Positions 25,230 to 38,399 of a DNA stretch of 64,000 bases are shown piece after piece; position 1 is the first letter of the stretch, and each line of letters opens with the position of its first letter. The notes beneath the pieces were generated by a model. The model saw nothing but the letters and a program-made list of their open reading frames with translations. It was not told where the DNA came from and did no database searches. The DNA lies in contig OZ024741.1 in assembly GCA_964016885.1 (NCBI GenBank), positions 868,001 to 932,000 on the forward strand. The letters run 5' to 3'. Source of the DNA: Eledone cirrhosa. Lineage: Eukaryota. The position numbers and the translations under genes are program-made.

Positions 25230-25510
25230 GTTGTTGTTGGTGTTGCTGTTATTGTGGTTGTTGGTGTTATTGTTGGTGTTGGTGTTATTGTTGTTGTTGG
25301 TGTTGGTGTTATTGTTGTTGTTGGTGTTATTGTTGGTGTTGGTGTTATTGTTGTTGTTGGTGTTGCTGTTATTGTGGTTGTTGGTGTTATTGTTGGTGTT
25401 GGTGTTATTGTTGTTGTTGCTGTTGCTGTTATTGTGGTTGTTGGTGTTATTGTTGGTGTTGGTGTTATTGTTGTTGTTGGTGTTGCTGTTATTGTGGTTG
25501 TTGGTGTTAT
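25230..25510. repeat. 60-bp (18+18+24) trimer sub-array; homologous copies near 34.9, 37.9, 40.1, 47.2, 52.1, 62.3 and 63.55 kb
   Basis: Successive 60-bp lines are almost identical and contain the 24-bp unit ending GTTGCTGTTATTGTGGTT. Confidence 0.85.
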
Positions 25511-26969
25511 TGTTGTTGTTGGTGTTATTGTTGGTGTTGATGTTATTGTTGTTGTTGGTGTTATTGTTGGTGTTGGTGTTATTGTTGTTGTTGGTGATAT
25601 TGTTGGTGCTGGTGTTATTGTTGTTGTTGGTGTTATTGTTGTTGTTGGTGTTATTGTGGTTGTTGGTGTTATTGTTGGTGTTGATGTTATTGTTGTTGTT
25701 GGTGTTATTGTTGTTGTTGGTGTTATTGTTGGTGGTGATGTTATTGTTGTTGTTGGTGTTATTGTGGTTGTTGGTGTTATTGTGGTTGTTGGTGTTATTG
25801 TTGTTGTTGGTGTTATTGTTGTTGTTGGTGTTATTGTTGGTGTTGATGTTATTGTTGTTGTTGGTGTTATTGTTGGTGTTGGTGTTATTGTTGTTGTTGG
25901 TGTTATTGTTTGTTGTTGATGTTATTGTTGTTGTTGGTGTTATTGTTGTTGTTGGTGTTATTGTTGTTGTTGGTGTTATTGTTGTTGTTGGTGTTATTGT
26001 TGGTGTTGGTGTTATTGTTGTTGTTGGTTTTGCTGTTATTGTGGTTGTTGGTGTTATTGTTGGTGTTAGTGTTATTGTTGTTGTTGGTGTTATTGTTGTT
26101 GTTGGTGTTATTGTTGTTGTTGGTGTTATTGTTGGTGTTGATGTTATTGTTGTTGTTGGTGTTATTGTTGGTGTTGGTGTTATTGTTGTTGTTGGTGTTA
26201 TTGTTGTTGTTGGTGTTATTGTTGTTGTTGGTGTTATTGTTGGTGTTGGTGTTATTGTTGGTGTTGGTGTTATTGTTGTTGTTGGTGTTATTGTTGTTGT
26301 TGGTGTTATTGTTGTCGTTTGTGTTATTGTTGTTGTTGATGTTATTGTTGTTGCTGGTGTTATTGTTGGTGTTGGTGTTATTGTTGTTGTTGATGTTATT
26401 GTTGGTGTTGGTGTTATTGTTGTTGTTGGTGTTATTGTTGTTGTTGATGTTATTGTTGTTGTTGGTGTTATTGTTGTTATTGGTGTTATTGTTGGTGTTG
26501 GTGTTATTGTTGGTGTTGGTGTTATTGTTGGTGTTGGTGTTATTGTTGTTGTTGGTGCTATTGTTGGTGTTGGTGTAATTGTTGTTGTTGGTGTTATTGT
26601 TGTTGTTGATGTTATTGTTGTTGTTGGTGTTATTGTTGTTGTTGGTGTTATTGTTGTTGTTGGTGTTATTGTTGTTGGTGTTAAAGTTGGTGTTGATGTT
26701 ATTGTTGTTGTTGGTGTTATTGTTGGTGTTGGTGTTATTGTGGTTGTTGGTGTTATTGTTGTTGTTGGTGTTATTGTTGTTGTTGGTGTTATTGTTGTTG
26801 TTGGTGTTATTGTTGGTGTTGGTGTTATTGTTGTTGTTGGTGTTATTGTTGTTGTTGGTGTTATTGTTGGTTTTGGTTTTATTGTTGTTGTTGGTGTTAT
26901 TGTTGGTGTTGGGATTATTGTTTATGTTGCTGTTATTGTTGTTGTTGATGTTATTGTTGTTGTTGGCGT

Positions 26970-29900
26970 TATTGTTGGTGTTGGTGTTATTGTTGTTGTT
27001 GGTGTTATTGTTGTTGTTGATGTTATTGTTGTTGTTGGTGTTATTGTTGGTGTTGGTGTTATTGTTGTTGTTGGTGTTATTGTTGTTGTTGATGTTATTG
27101 TTGTTGTTGGTGTTATTGTTGGTGTTGGTGTTATTGTTGTTGTTGGTGTTATTGTTGTTGTTGGTGTTATTGTTATTGTTGGTGTTGGTGTTATTGTTGT
27201 TGTTGGTGTTATTGTTGTTGTTGATGTTATTGTTGTTGTTAGTGTTATTGTTGGTGTTGGTGTTATTGGTTGTTGTTGGTGTTATTGTTGTTGTTGGTGT
27301 TATTGTTGTTGTTGGTGTTATTGTTGTTGTTGGTGTTATTGTTGTTGTTGGTGTTATTGTTGGTGTTGGTGTTATTGTTGTTGTTGGTGTTATTGTTGTT
27401 GTTGGTGTTATTGTTGGTTTTGGTGTTATTGTTGGTGTTGGTGTTATTGTTGTTGTTGGTGTTATTGTTGTTGTTGGTGTTATTGTTGTTGTTGGTGTTA
27501 TTGTTGGTGTTGGTGTTATTGTTGTTGCTGGTGTTATTGTTGTTGTTGGTGTTATTGTTGGTGTTGGTGTTATTGTTGTTGCTGGTGTTATTGTTGGTGT
27601 TGGTGTTATTGTTGGTGTTGGTGTTATTGTTGGTGTTGGTGTTATTGTTGGTGTTGGTGTTATTGTTGTTGTTGGTGTTATTGTTGTTGTTGGTGTTATT
27701 GTTGTTGTTGGTGTTATTGTTGTTGCTGGTGTTATTGTTGGTGTTGGTGTTATTGATGGTGTTCGTGTTATTGTTGTTGTTGGTGTTATTGTTGGTGTTG
27801 GTGTTATTGTTGTCGTTGGTGTTTTTGTTGTTGTTGATGTTATTGTTGTTGTTGGTGTTATTGTTGTTGTTGGTGTTATTGGTGGTGTTGGTGTTATTGT
27901 TGGTCTTGGTGTTATTGTTGGTGTTGGTGTTATTGTTGGTGTTGGTGTTATTGTTGTTGTTGGTGTTATTGTTGTTGTTGGTGTTATTGTTGTTATTGTA
28001 GTTGTTGGTGTTATTGTTGGTGTTGGTGTTATTGTTGTTGTTGGTGTTATTGTTGTTGTTGGTGTTATTGTTGTTGTTGGTGTTATTGTTCTTGTTGGTG
28101 TTATTGTTGGTGTTGGTGTTATTGTTGTTGTCGGTGTTATTGTTGTTGTTAGTGTTATTGTTGGTGTTGGTGTTATTGTTGTTGTTGGTGTTATTGTTGT
28201 TGTTGGTGTTATTGTTGTTGTTGGTGTTATTGTTGTTGTTGGTGTTATTGTTAGTGTTGGTGTTATTGTTGTTGTTGATGTTATTGTTGGTGTTGATGTT
28301 ATTGTTGTTGTTGGTGTTATTGTTGGTGTTGATGTTATTGTTGTTGTTGGTGTTATTGTTGTTGTTGGTGTTATTGTGGTTGTTGGTGTTATTGTTGGTG
28401 TTGATGTTATTGTTGTTGTTGGTGTTATTGTTGGTGTTGATGTTATTGTTGTTGTTGTTGTTATTGTTGGTGTTGGTGTTATTGTTGTTGTTGGTGTTAT
28501 TGTTGTTGTTGGTGTTATTGTGGTTGTTGGTGTTATTGTTGGTGTTGAAGTTATTGTTGTTGTTGGTGTTATTGTTGTTGTTGGTGTTATTGTTGGTGTT
28601 GATGTTATTGATGGTGTTGATGTTATTGTTGTTGTTGGTGTTATTGTTGGTGTTGGTGTTATTGTTGGTGTTGGTGTTATTGTTGGTGTTGATGTTATTG
28701 TTGTTGTTGGTGTTATTGTTGGTGTTGATGTTATTGTTGTTGTTGATGTTATTGTTGTTGTTGGTGTTATTGTTGGTGTTGGTGTTATTGTTGTTGTTGG
28801 TGTTATTGTTGTTGTTGATGTTATTGTTGTTGTTGGTGTTATTGTTGGTGTTGGTGTTATTGTTGTTGTTGGTGTTATTGTTGTTGTTGGTGTTATTGTT
28901 ATTGTTGGTGTTGGTGTTATTGTTGTTGTTGGTGTTATTGTTGTTGTTGATGTTATTGTTGTTGTTAGTGTTATTGTTGGTGTTGGTGTTATTGGTTGTT
29001 GTTGGTGTTATTGTTGTTGTTGGTGTTATTGTTGTTGTTGGTGTTATTGTTGTTGTTGGTGTTATTGTTGTTGTTGGTGTTATTGTTGGTGTTGGTGTTA
29101 TTGTTGTTGTTGGTGTTATTGTTGTTGTTGGTGTTATTGTTGGTTTTGGTGTTATTGTTGGTGTTGGTGTTATTGTTGTTGTTGGTGTTATTGTTGTTGT
29201 TGGTGTTATTGTTGTTGTTGGTGTTATTGTTGGTGTTGGTGTTATTGTTGTTGCTGGTGTTATTGTTGTTGTTGGTGTTATTGTTGGTGTTGGTGTTATT
29301 GTTGTTGCTGGTGTTATTGTTGGTGTTGGTGTTATTGTTGGTGTTGGTGTTATTGTTGTTGTTGGTGTTATTGTTGGTTTTGGTGTTATTGTTGGTGTTG
29401 GTGTTATTGTTGTTGTTGGTGTTATTGTTGTTGTTGGTGTTATTGTTGTTGTTGGTGTTATTGTTGGTGTTGGTGTTATTGTTGTTGCTGGTGTTATTGT
29501 TGTTGTTGGTGTTATTGTTGGTGTTGGTGTTATTGTTGTTGCTGGTGTTATTGTTGGTGTTGGTGTTATTGTTGGTGTTGGTGTTATTGTTGGTGTTGGT
29601 GTTATTGTTGGTGTTGGTGTTATTGTTGTTGTTGGTGTTATTGTTGTTGTTGGTGTTATTGTTGTTGTTGGTGTTATTGTTGTTGCTGGTGTTATTGTTG
29701 GTGTTGGTGTTATTGATGGTGTTCGTGTTATTGTTGTTGTTGGTGTTATTGTTGGTGTTGGTGTTATTGTTGTCGTTGGTGTTTTTGTTGTTGTTGATGT
29801 TATTGTTGTTGTTGGTGTTATTGTTGTTGTTGGTGTTATTGGTGGTGTTGGTGTTATTGTTGGTCTTGGTGTTATTGTTGGTGTTGGTGTTATTGTTGGT

Positions 29901-32340
29901 GTTGGTGTTATTGTTGTTGTTGGTGTTATTGTTGTTGTTGGTGTTATTGTTGTTATTGTAGTTGTTGGTGTTATTGTTGGTGTTGGTGTTATTGTTGTTG
30001 TTGGTGTTATTGTTGTTGTTGGTGTTATTGTTGTTGTTGGTGTTATTGTTCTTGTTGGTGTTATTGTTGGTGTTGGTGTTATTGTTGTTGTCGGTGTTAT
30101 TGTTGTTGTTAGTGTTATTGTTGGTGTTGGTGTTATTGTTGTTGTTGGTGTTATTGTTGTTGTTGGTGTTATTGTTGTTGTTGGTGTTATTGTTGTTGTT
30201 GGTGTTATTGTTAGTGTTGGTGTTATTGTTGTTGTTGATGTTATTGTTGGTGTTGATGTTATTGTTGTTGTTGGTGTTATTGTTGGTGTTGATGTTATTG
30301 TTGTTGTTGGTGTTATTGTTGTTGTTGGTGTTATTGTGGTTGTTGGTGTTATTGTTGGTGTTGATGTTATTGTTGTTGTTGGTGTTATTGTTGGTGTTGA
30401 TGTTATTGTTGTTGTTGTTGTTATTGTTGGTGTTGGTGTTATTGTTGTTGTTGGTGTTATTGTTGTTGTTGGTGTTATTGTGGTTGTTGGTGTTATTGTT
30501 GGTGTTGAAGTTATTGTTGTTGTTGGTGTTATTGTTGTTGTTGGTGTTATTGTTGGTGTTGATGTTATTGATGGTGTTGATGTTATTGTTGTTGTTGGTG
30601 TTATTGTTGGTGTTGGTGTTATTGTTGGTGTTGGTGTTATTGTTGGTGTTGATGTTATTGTTGTTGTTGGTGTTATTGTTGGTGTTGATGTTATTGTTGT
30701 TGTTGATGTTATTGTTGTTGTTGGTGTTATTGTTGGTGTTGGTGTTATTGTTGTTGTTGGTGTTATTGTTGTTGTTGATGTTATTGTTGTTGTTGGTGTT
30801 ATTGTTGGTGTTGGTGTTATTGTTGTTGTTGGTGTTATTGTTGTTGTTGGTGTTATTGTTATTGTTGGTGTTGGTGTTATTGTTGTTGTTGGTGTTATTG
30901 TTGTTGTTGATGTTATTGTTGTTGTTAGTGTTATTGTTGGTGTTGGTGTTATTGGTTGTTGTTGGTGTTATTGTTGTTGTTGGTGTTATTGTTGTTGTTG
31001 GTGTTATTGTTGTTGTTGGTGTTATTGTTGTTGTTGGTGTTATTGTTGGTGTTGGTGTTATTGTTGTTGTTGGTGTTATTGTTGTTGTTGGTGTTATTGT
31101 TGGTTTTGGTGTTATTGTTGGTGTTGGTGTTATTGTTGTTGTTGGTGTTATTGTTGTTGTTGGTGTTATTGTTGTTGTTGGTGTTATTGTTGGTGTTGGT
31201 GTTATTGTTGTTGCTGGTGTTATTGTTGTTGTTGGTGTTATTGTTGGTGTTGGTGTTATTGTTGTTGCTGGTGTTATTGTTGGTGTTGGTGTTATTGTTG
31301 GTGTTGGTGTTATTGTTGGTGTTGGTGTTATTGTTGGTGTTGGTGTTATTGTTGTTGTTGGTGTTATTGTTGTTGTTGGTGTTATTGTTGTTGTTGGTGT
31401 TATTGTTGTTGCTGGTGTTATTGTTGGTGTTGGTGTTATTGATGGTGTTCGTGTTATTGTTGTTGTTGGTGTTATTGTTGGTGTTGGTGTTATTGTTGTC
31501 GTTGGTGTTTTTGTTGTTGTTGATGTTATTGTTGTTGTTGGTGTTATTGTTGTTGTTGGTGTTATTGGTGGTGTTGGTGTTATTGTTGGTCTTAATGTTA
31601 TTGTTGATGTTGGTGTTATTGTTGTTGTTGGTGTTATTGTTGGTGTTGGTGTTATTGTTGTTGTTGGTGTTATTGTTGTTGTTGGTGTTATTGTTGTTAT
31701 TGTAGTTGTTGGTGTTATTGTTGGTGTTGGTGTTATTGTTGTTGTTGGTGTTATTGTTGTTGTTGGTGTTATTGTTGTTGTTGGTGTTATTGTTCTTGTT
31801 GGTGTTATTGTTGGTGTTGGTGTTATTGTTGTTGTCGGTGTTATTGTTGTTGTTAGTGTTATTGTTGGTGTTGGTGTTATTGTTGTTGTTGGTGTTATTG
31901 TTGTTGTTGGTGTTATTGTTGTTGTTGGTGTTATTGTTGTTGTTGGTGTTATTGTTAGTGTTGGTGTTATTGTTGTTGTTGATGTTATTGTTGGTGTTGA
32001 TGTTATTGTTGTTGTTGGTGTTATTGTTGGTGTTGATGTTATTGTTGTTGTTGGTGTTATTGTTGTTGTTGGTGTTATTGTGGTTGTTGGTGTTATTGTT
32101 GGTGTTGATGTTATTGTTGTTGTTGGTGTTATTGTTGGTGTTGATGTTATTGTTGTTGTTGTTGTTATTGTTGGTGTTGGTGTTATTGTTGTTGTTGGTG
32201 TTATTGTTGTTGTTGGTGTTATTGTGGTTGTTGGTGTTATTGTTGGTGTTGAAGTTATTGTTGTTGTTGGTGTTATTGTTGTTGTTGGTGTTATTGTTGG
32301 TGTTGATGTTATTGATGGTGTTGATGTTATTGTTGTTGTT
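26970..32340. repeat. Three-copy higher-order repeat, basic period ~1726-1744 bp; the middle copy carries an internal 234-bp duplication (period 1960)
   Basis: +1 frameshift ATTGGTTGTT at 27270/28996/30956. GTAGTT-derived ORF starts at 28002/29962/31706. GGTTTTGGT is doubled at ~29142/29376, and 1726+234=1960. Confidence 0.9.
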
Positions 32341-33039
32341 GGTGTTATTGTTGTTGTTGGTGTTATTGTTGTTGTTGGAGTTATTGTTGTTGTTGGTGTT
32401 ATTGTTGGTGTTGGTGTTATTGTTGTTGGTGTTATTGTTGGTGTTGGTGTTATTGTTGGTGTTGATGTTATTGTTGTTGTTGGCGTTATTGTTGGTATTG
32501 GTGTTATTGTTGTTGTGGGTGTTATTGTTGTTGTTGGTGTTATTGTTGTTGTTGGTGTTATTGTTGTTGTTGATGTTATTGTGGTTGTTGGTGTTATTGT
32601 TGTTGTTGGTGTTATTGTTGGTGTTGAAGTTATTGTTGTTGTTGGTGTTATTGTTGTTGTTGGTGTTATTGTTGGTGTTGATGTTATTGATGTTGTTGGT
32701 TTTATTGTTGGTATTGATGTTATTGTTGTTGTTGGTGTTATTGTGGTTGTTGGTGTTATTGTTGTTGTTGGTGTTATTGTTGTTGTTGGTGTTATTGTTG
32801 GTGTTGATGTTATTGTTGTTGTTGGTGTTATTGTTGTTGTTGGTGTTATTGTTGTTGTTGGTGTTATTGTTGTCGTTGGTGTTATTGTTGGTGTTGATGT
32901 TATTGTTGTTGTTGGTGTTATTGTCGTTGTTGGTGTTATTGTTGGTGTTGGTGTTATTGTTGGTGTTGATGTTATTGTTGTTGCTGGTGTTATTGTTGGT
33001 GTTGGTGTTATTGTTTTTGTTGGTGTTATTGTGGTTGTT

Positions 33040-36000
33040 GGTGTTATTGTTGGTGTTGGTGTTATTGTTGTTGTTGGTGTTATTGTTGTTGTTGTTTTTA
33101 TTGTGGTTGTTGGTGTTATTGTTGTTGTTGGTGATATTGTTGGTGCTGGTGTTATTGTTGTTGTTGGTGTTATTGTTGTTGTTGGTGTTATTGTGGTTGT
33201 TGGTGTTATTGTTGGTGTTGATGTTATTGTTGTTGTTGGTGTTATTGTTGTTGTTGGTGTTATTGTTGGTGGTGATGTTATTGTTGTTGTTGGTGTTATT
33301 GTGGTTGTTGGTGTTATTGTGGTTGTTGGTGTTATTGTTGTTGTTGGTGTTATTGTTGTTGTTGGTGTTATTGTTGGTGTTGATGTTATTGTTGTTGTTG
33401 GTGTTATTGTTGTTGTTGATGTTATTGTTGTTGTTGGTGTTATTGTGGTTGTTGGTGTTATTGTTGTTGTTGGTGTTATTGTTGTTGTTGGTGTTATTGT
33501 TGTTGTTGGTGTTATTGTTGTTGTTGGTGTTATTGTTGTTGTTGGTGTTATTGTTGGTGTTGGTGTTATTGTTGGTGTTGGTGTTATTGTGGTTGTTGGT
33601 GTTATTGTTGTTGATGATGTTATTGTTGATGTTGGTGTTATTGTTGTTGTTGGTGTTATTGTTGTTGTTGGTGTTATTGTTGGTGTTGGTGTTATTGTTG
33701 TTGTTGGTGTTATTATTGGTGTTGGTGTTATTGTTGGTGTTGGTGTTGCTGTTATTGTGGTTGTTGGTGTTATTGTTGGTGTTGGTGTTATTGTTGTTGG
33801 TGGTGTTGGTGTTATTGTTGTTGTTGGTGTTATTGTTGGTGTTGGTGTTATTGTTGTTGTTGGTTTTGCTGTTATTGTGGTTGTTGGTGTTATTGTTGGT
33901 GTTAGTGTTATTGTTGTTGTTGGTTTTATTGTTGTTGTTGGTGTTATTGTTGGTGTTGGTGTTATTGTTGGTGTTGGTGTTATCGTTGTTGTTGGTGTTA
34001 TTGTTGTTGTTGGTGTTATTGTTGTCGTTTGTGTTATTGTTGTTGTTGGTGTTATTGTTGTCGTTTGTGTTGTTGTTGGTGTTGGTGTTATTGTTGTTTT
34101 GGTGTTATTGTTGTTGTTGATATTATTGTTGTTGTTGGTGTTATTGTTGTTATTGGTGTTATTGTTGGTGTTGGTGTTATTGTTGGTGTTGGTGTTATTG
34201 TTGGTGTTGGTGTTATTGTTGTTGTTGGTGCTATTGTTGGTGTTGGTGTAATTGTTGTTGTTGGTGTTATTGTTGTTGTTGATGTTATTGTTGTTGTTGG
34301 TGTTATTGTTGTTGTTGGTGTTATTGTTGTTATTGGTGTTATTGTTGGTGTTGTTGTTGTTGTTGTTGTTGTTGGTGTTATTGTTGTTGTTGGTGTTATT
34401 GTTTGTTGGTGTTATTGTTGTTGTTGGTGTTATTGTTGTTGTTGGTGTTATTGTTGTTGTTGGTGCTATTGTGGTTGTTGGTGTTATTGTTGTTATTGGT
34501 GTTATTGTTGTTGTTGGTGTTATTGTTGTTGTTGCTGTTATTGTTGTTGTTTATGTTATTGTTGTTGTTGGTGTTATTGTTGTTGTTGGTTTTATTGTTG
34601 TTGTTGGTGTTATTGTTGGTGTTGGTGTTATTGTTGTTTTTGGTGTTGCTGTTATTGTGGTTGTTGGTGTTATTGTTGGTGTTGGTGTTATTGTTGTTGT
34701 TGGTGTTATTGTTGTTGTTGGTGTTTTTGTTGTTGTTGGTGTTGCTGTTATTGTTGTTGTTGGTGTCATTGTTGTTGTTGGTGTTATTGTTGGTGTTGGT
34801 GTTATTGTTGTTGTTGGTGTTATTGTTGGTGTTGGTGTTATTGTTGGTGTTGGTGTTATTGTTGTTGTTGGTGTTATTGTTGTTGTTGGTGTTGCTGTTA
34901 TTGTGGTTGTTGGTGTTATTGTTGGTGTTGGTGTTATTGTTGTTGTTGGTGTTGGTGTTATTGTTGTTGTTGGTGTTATTGTTGGTGTTGGTGTTATTGT
35001 TGTTGTTGGTGTTGCTGTTATTGTGGTTGTTGGTGTTATTGTTGGTGTTGGTGTTATTGTTGTTGTTGCTGTTGCTGTTATTGTGGTTGTTGGTGTTATT
35101 GTTGTTGTTGGTGTTATTGTTGGTGTTGATGTTATTGTTGTTGTTGGTGTTATTGTTGGTGTTGGTGTTATTGTTGGTGTTGGTGTTATTGTTGTTGTTG
35201 GTGTTATTGTTGTTGTTGGTGTTATTGTTGTTGTTGGTGTTATTGTTGGTGTTGGTGTTATTGTTGTTGTTGGTGTTAATGTTGTTGTTGGTGTTATTGT
35301 TGTTGTTGGTGTTATTGTTGGTGTTGGTGTTATTGTTGTTGTTGGTGTTATTGTTGTTGTTGGTGTTATTGTTGTTGTTGGTGGTATTGTTGTTGTTGGT
35401 GTTATTGTTGGTGTTGGTGTTATTGTTGTTGTTGGTGTTATTGTTGGTGTTGATGTTATTGTTGTTGTTGGTGTTATTGTTGGTGTTGATGTTATTGTTG
35501 GTGTTGATGTTATTGTTGTTGTTGGTGTTATTGTTGTTGTTGGTGTTATTGTTGTTGTTGGTGTTATTGTTGGTGTTGGTGTTATTGGTGTTGTTGGTGT
35601 TATTGTTGGTGTTGGTGTTATTGTTGGTGTTGATGTTATTGTTGTTGTTGGCGTTATTGTTGGTATTGGTGTTATTGTTGTTGTGAGTGTTATTGTTGTT
35701 GTTGGTGTTATTGTTGTTGTTGGTGTTATTGTGGTTGTTGGTGTTATTGTTGTTGTTGGTGTTATTGTTGGTGTTGAAGTTATTGTTGTTGTTGGTGTTA
35801 TTGTTGTTGTTGGTGTTATTGTTGGTGTTGATGTTATTGATGTTGTTGGTTTTATTGTTGGTGGTGATGTTATTGTTGTTGTTGGTGTTATTGTGGTTGT
35901 TGGTGTTATTGTTGTTGTTGGTGTTATTGTTGTTGTTGGTGTTATTGTTGTTGTTGGTGTTATTGTTGGTGTTGATGTTATTGTTGTTGTTGGTGTCATT

Positions 36001-38380
36001 GTTGTTGTTGGTGTTATTGTTGGTGTTGGTGTTATTGTTGTTGTTGGTGTTATTGTTGGTGTTGGTGTTATTGTTGTTGTTGGTGTTATTGTTGTTGTTG
36101 TTTTTATTGTGGTTGTTGGTGTTATTGTTGTTGTTGGTGATATTGTTGGTGCTGGTGTTATTGTTGTTGTTGGTGTTATTGTTGTTGTTGGTGTTATTGT
36201 GGTTGTTGGTGTTATTGTTGGTGTTGATGTTATTGTTGTTGTTGGTGTTATTGTTGTTGTTGGTGTTATTGTTGGTGGTGATGTTATTGTTGTTGTTGGT
36301 GTTAGTTGTGGTTGTTGGTGTTATTGTGGTTGTTGGTGTTATTGTTGTTGTTGGTGTTATTGTTGTTGTTGGTGTTATTGTTGGTGTTGATGTTATTGTT
36401 GTTGTTGGTGTTATTGTTGTTGTTGATGTTATTGTTGTTGTTGGTGTTATTGTGGTTGTTGGTGTTATTGTTGTTGTTGGTGTTATTGTTGTTGTTGGTG
36501 TTATTGTTGTTGTTGGTGTTATTGTTGTTGTTGGTGTTATTGTTGTTGTTGGTGTTATTGTTGGTGTTGGTGTTATTGTTGGTGTTGGTGTTATTGTGGT
36601 TGTTGGTGTTATTGTTGTTGATGATGTTATTGTTGATGTTGGTGTTATTGTTGTTGTTGGTGTTATTGTTGTTGTTGGTGTTATTGTTGGTGTTGGTGTT
36701 ATTGTTGTTGTTGGTGTTATTATTGGTGTTGGTGTTATTGTTGGTGTTGGTGTTGCTGTTATTGTGGTTGTTGGTGTTATTGTTGGTGTTGGTGTTATTG
36801 TTGTTGGTGGTGTTGGTGTTATTGTTGTTGTTGGTGTTATTTTTGGTGTTGGTGTTATTGTTGTTGTTGGTTTTGCTGTTATTGTGGTTGTTGGTGTTAT
36901 TGTTGGTGTTAGTGTTATTGTTGTTGTTGGTGTTATTGTTGTTGTTGGTGTTATTGTTGGTGTTGGTGTTATTGTTGGTGTTGGTGTTATCGTTGTTGTT
37001 GGTGTTATTGTTGTTGTTGGTGTTATTGTTGTCGTTTGTGTTATTGTTGTTGTTGGTGTTATTGTTGTCGTTTGTGTTGTTGTTGGTGTTGGTGTTATTG
37101 TTGTTTTGGTGTTATTGTTGTTGTTGATGTTATTGTTGTTGTTGGTGTTATTGTTGTTATTGGTGTTATTGTTGGTGTTGGTGTTATTGTTGGTGTTGGT
37201 GTTATTGTTGGTGTTGGTGTTATTGTTGTTGTTGGTGCTATTGTTGGTGTTGGTGTAATTGTTGTTGTTGGTGTTATTGTTGTTGTTGATGTTATTGTTG
37301 TTGTTGGTGTTATTGTTGTTGTTGGTGTTATTGTTGTTATTGGTGTTATTGTTGGTGTTGTTGTTGTTGTTGTTGTTGTTGGTGTTATTGTTGTTGTTGG
37401 TGTTATTGTTTGTTGGTGTTATTGTTGTTGTTGGTGTTATTGTTGTTGTTGGTGTTATTGTTGTTGTTGGTGCTATTGTGGTTGTTGGTGTTATTGTTGT
37501 TATTGGTGTTATTGTTGTTGTTGGTGTTATTGTTGTTGTAGCTGTTATTGTTGTTGTTTATGTTATTGTTGTTGTTGGTGTTATTGTTGTTGTTGGTTTT
37601 ATTGTTGTTGTTGGTGTTATTGTTGGTGTTGGTGTTATTGTTGTTTTTGGTGTTGCTGTTATTGTGCTTGTTGGTGTTATTGTTGGTGTTGGTGTTATTG
37701 TTGTTGTTGGTGTTATTGTTGTTGTTGGTGTTTTTGTTGTTGTTGGTGTTGCTGTTATTGTTGTTGTTGGTGTCATTGTTGTTGTTGGTGTTATTGTTGG
37801 TGTTGGTGTTATTGTTGTTGTTGGTGTTATTGTTGGTGTCGGTGTTATTGTTGGTGTTGGTGTTATTGTTGTTGTTGGTGTTATTGTTGTTGTTGGTGTT
37901 GCTGTTATTGTGGTTGTTGGTGTTATTGTTGGTGTTGGTGTTATTGTTGTTGTTGGTGTTGGTGTTATTGTTGTTGTTGGTGTTATTGTTGGTGTTGGTG
38001 TTATTGTTGTTGTTGGTGTTGCTGTTATTGTGGTTGTTGGTGTTATTGTTGGTGTTGGTGTTATTGTTGTTGTTGCTGTTGCTGTTATTGTGGTTGTTGG
38101 TGTTATTGTTGTTGTTGGTGTTATTGTTGGTGTTGATGTTATTGTTGTTGTTGGTGTTATTGTTGGTGTTGGTGTTATTGTTGGTGTTGGTGTTATTGTT
38201 GTTGTTGGTGTTATTGTTGTTGTTGGTGTTATTGTTGTTGTTGGTGTTATTGTTGGTGTTGGTGTTATTGTTGTTGTTGGTGTTAATGTTGTTGTTGGTG
38301 TTATTGTTGTTGTTGGTGTTATTGTTGGTGTTGGTGTTATTGTTGTTGTTGGTGTTATTGTTGTTGTTGGTGTTATTGTG
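33040..38380. repeat. Higher-order duplication, offset ~3007 bp (~33040-35370 vs ~36050-38380)
   Basis: Near-identical ORF pairs 34029/37036 and 34252/37259, and the TAA marker at 34551/37558. A further copy follows at about +2173-2179 (39432, 39731). Confidence 0.88.
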
Positions 38381-38399
38381 GTTGTTGGTGTTATTGTTG

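Noticed and set aside
24776-25540. Cys/Trp/Tyr-rich ORFs (CYCCCW)n resembling metallothionein or keratin-associated proteins
   Set aside because: This is the exact antisense of the Thr frame, and it is closed by TGA at each common GAT variant.
34350-34373. Pure (GTT)8 tract as a separate microsatellite locus
   Set aside because: It is a local reversion of the unit to its GTT ground state, copied with the surrounding block (37.36, 39.53, 46.62, 51.5, 58.36, 61.76 kb).
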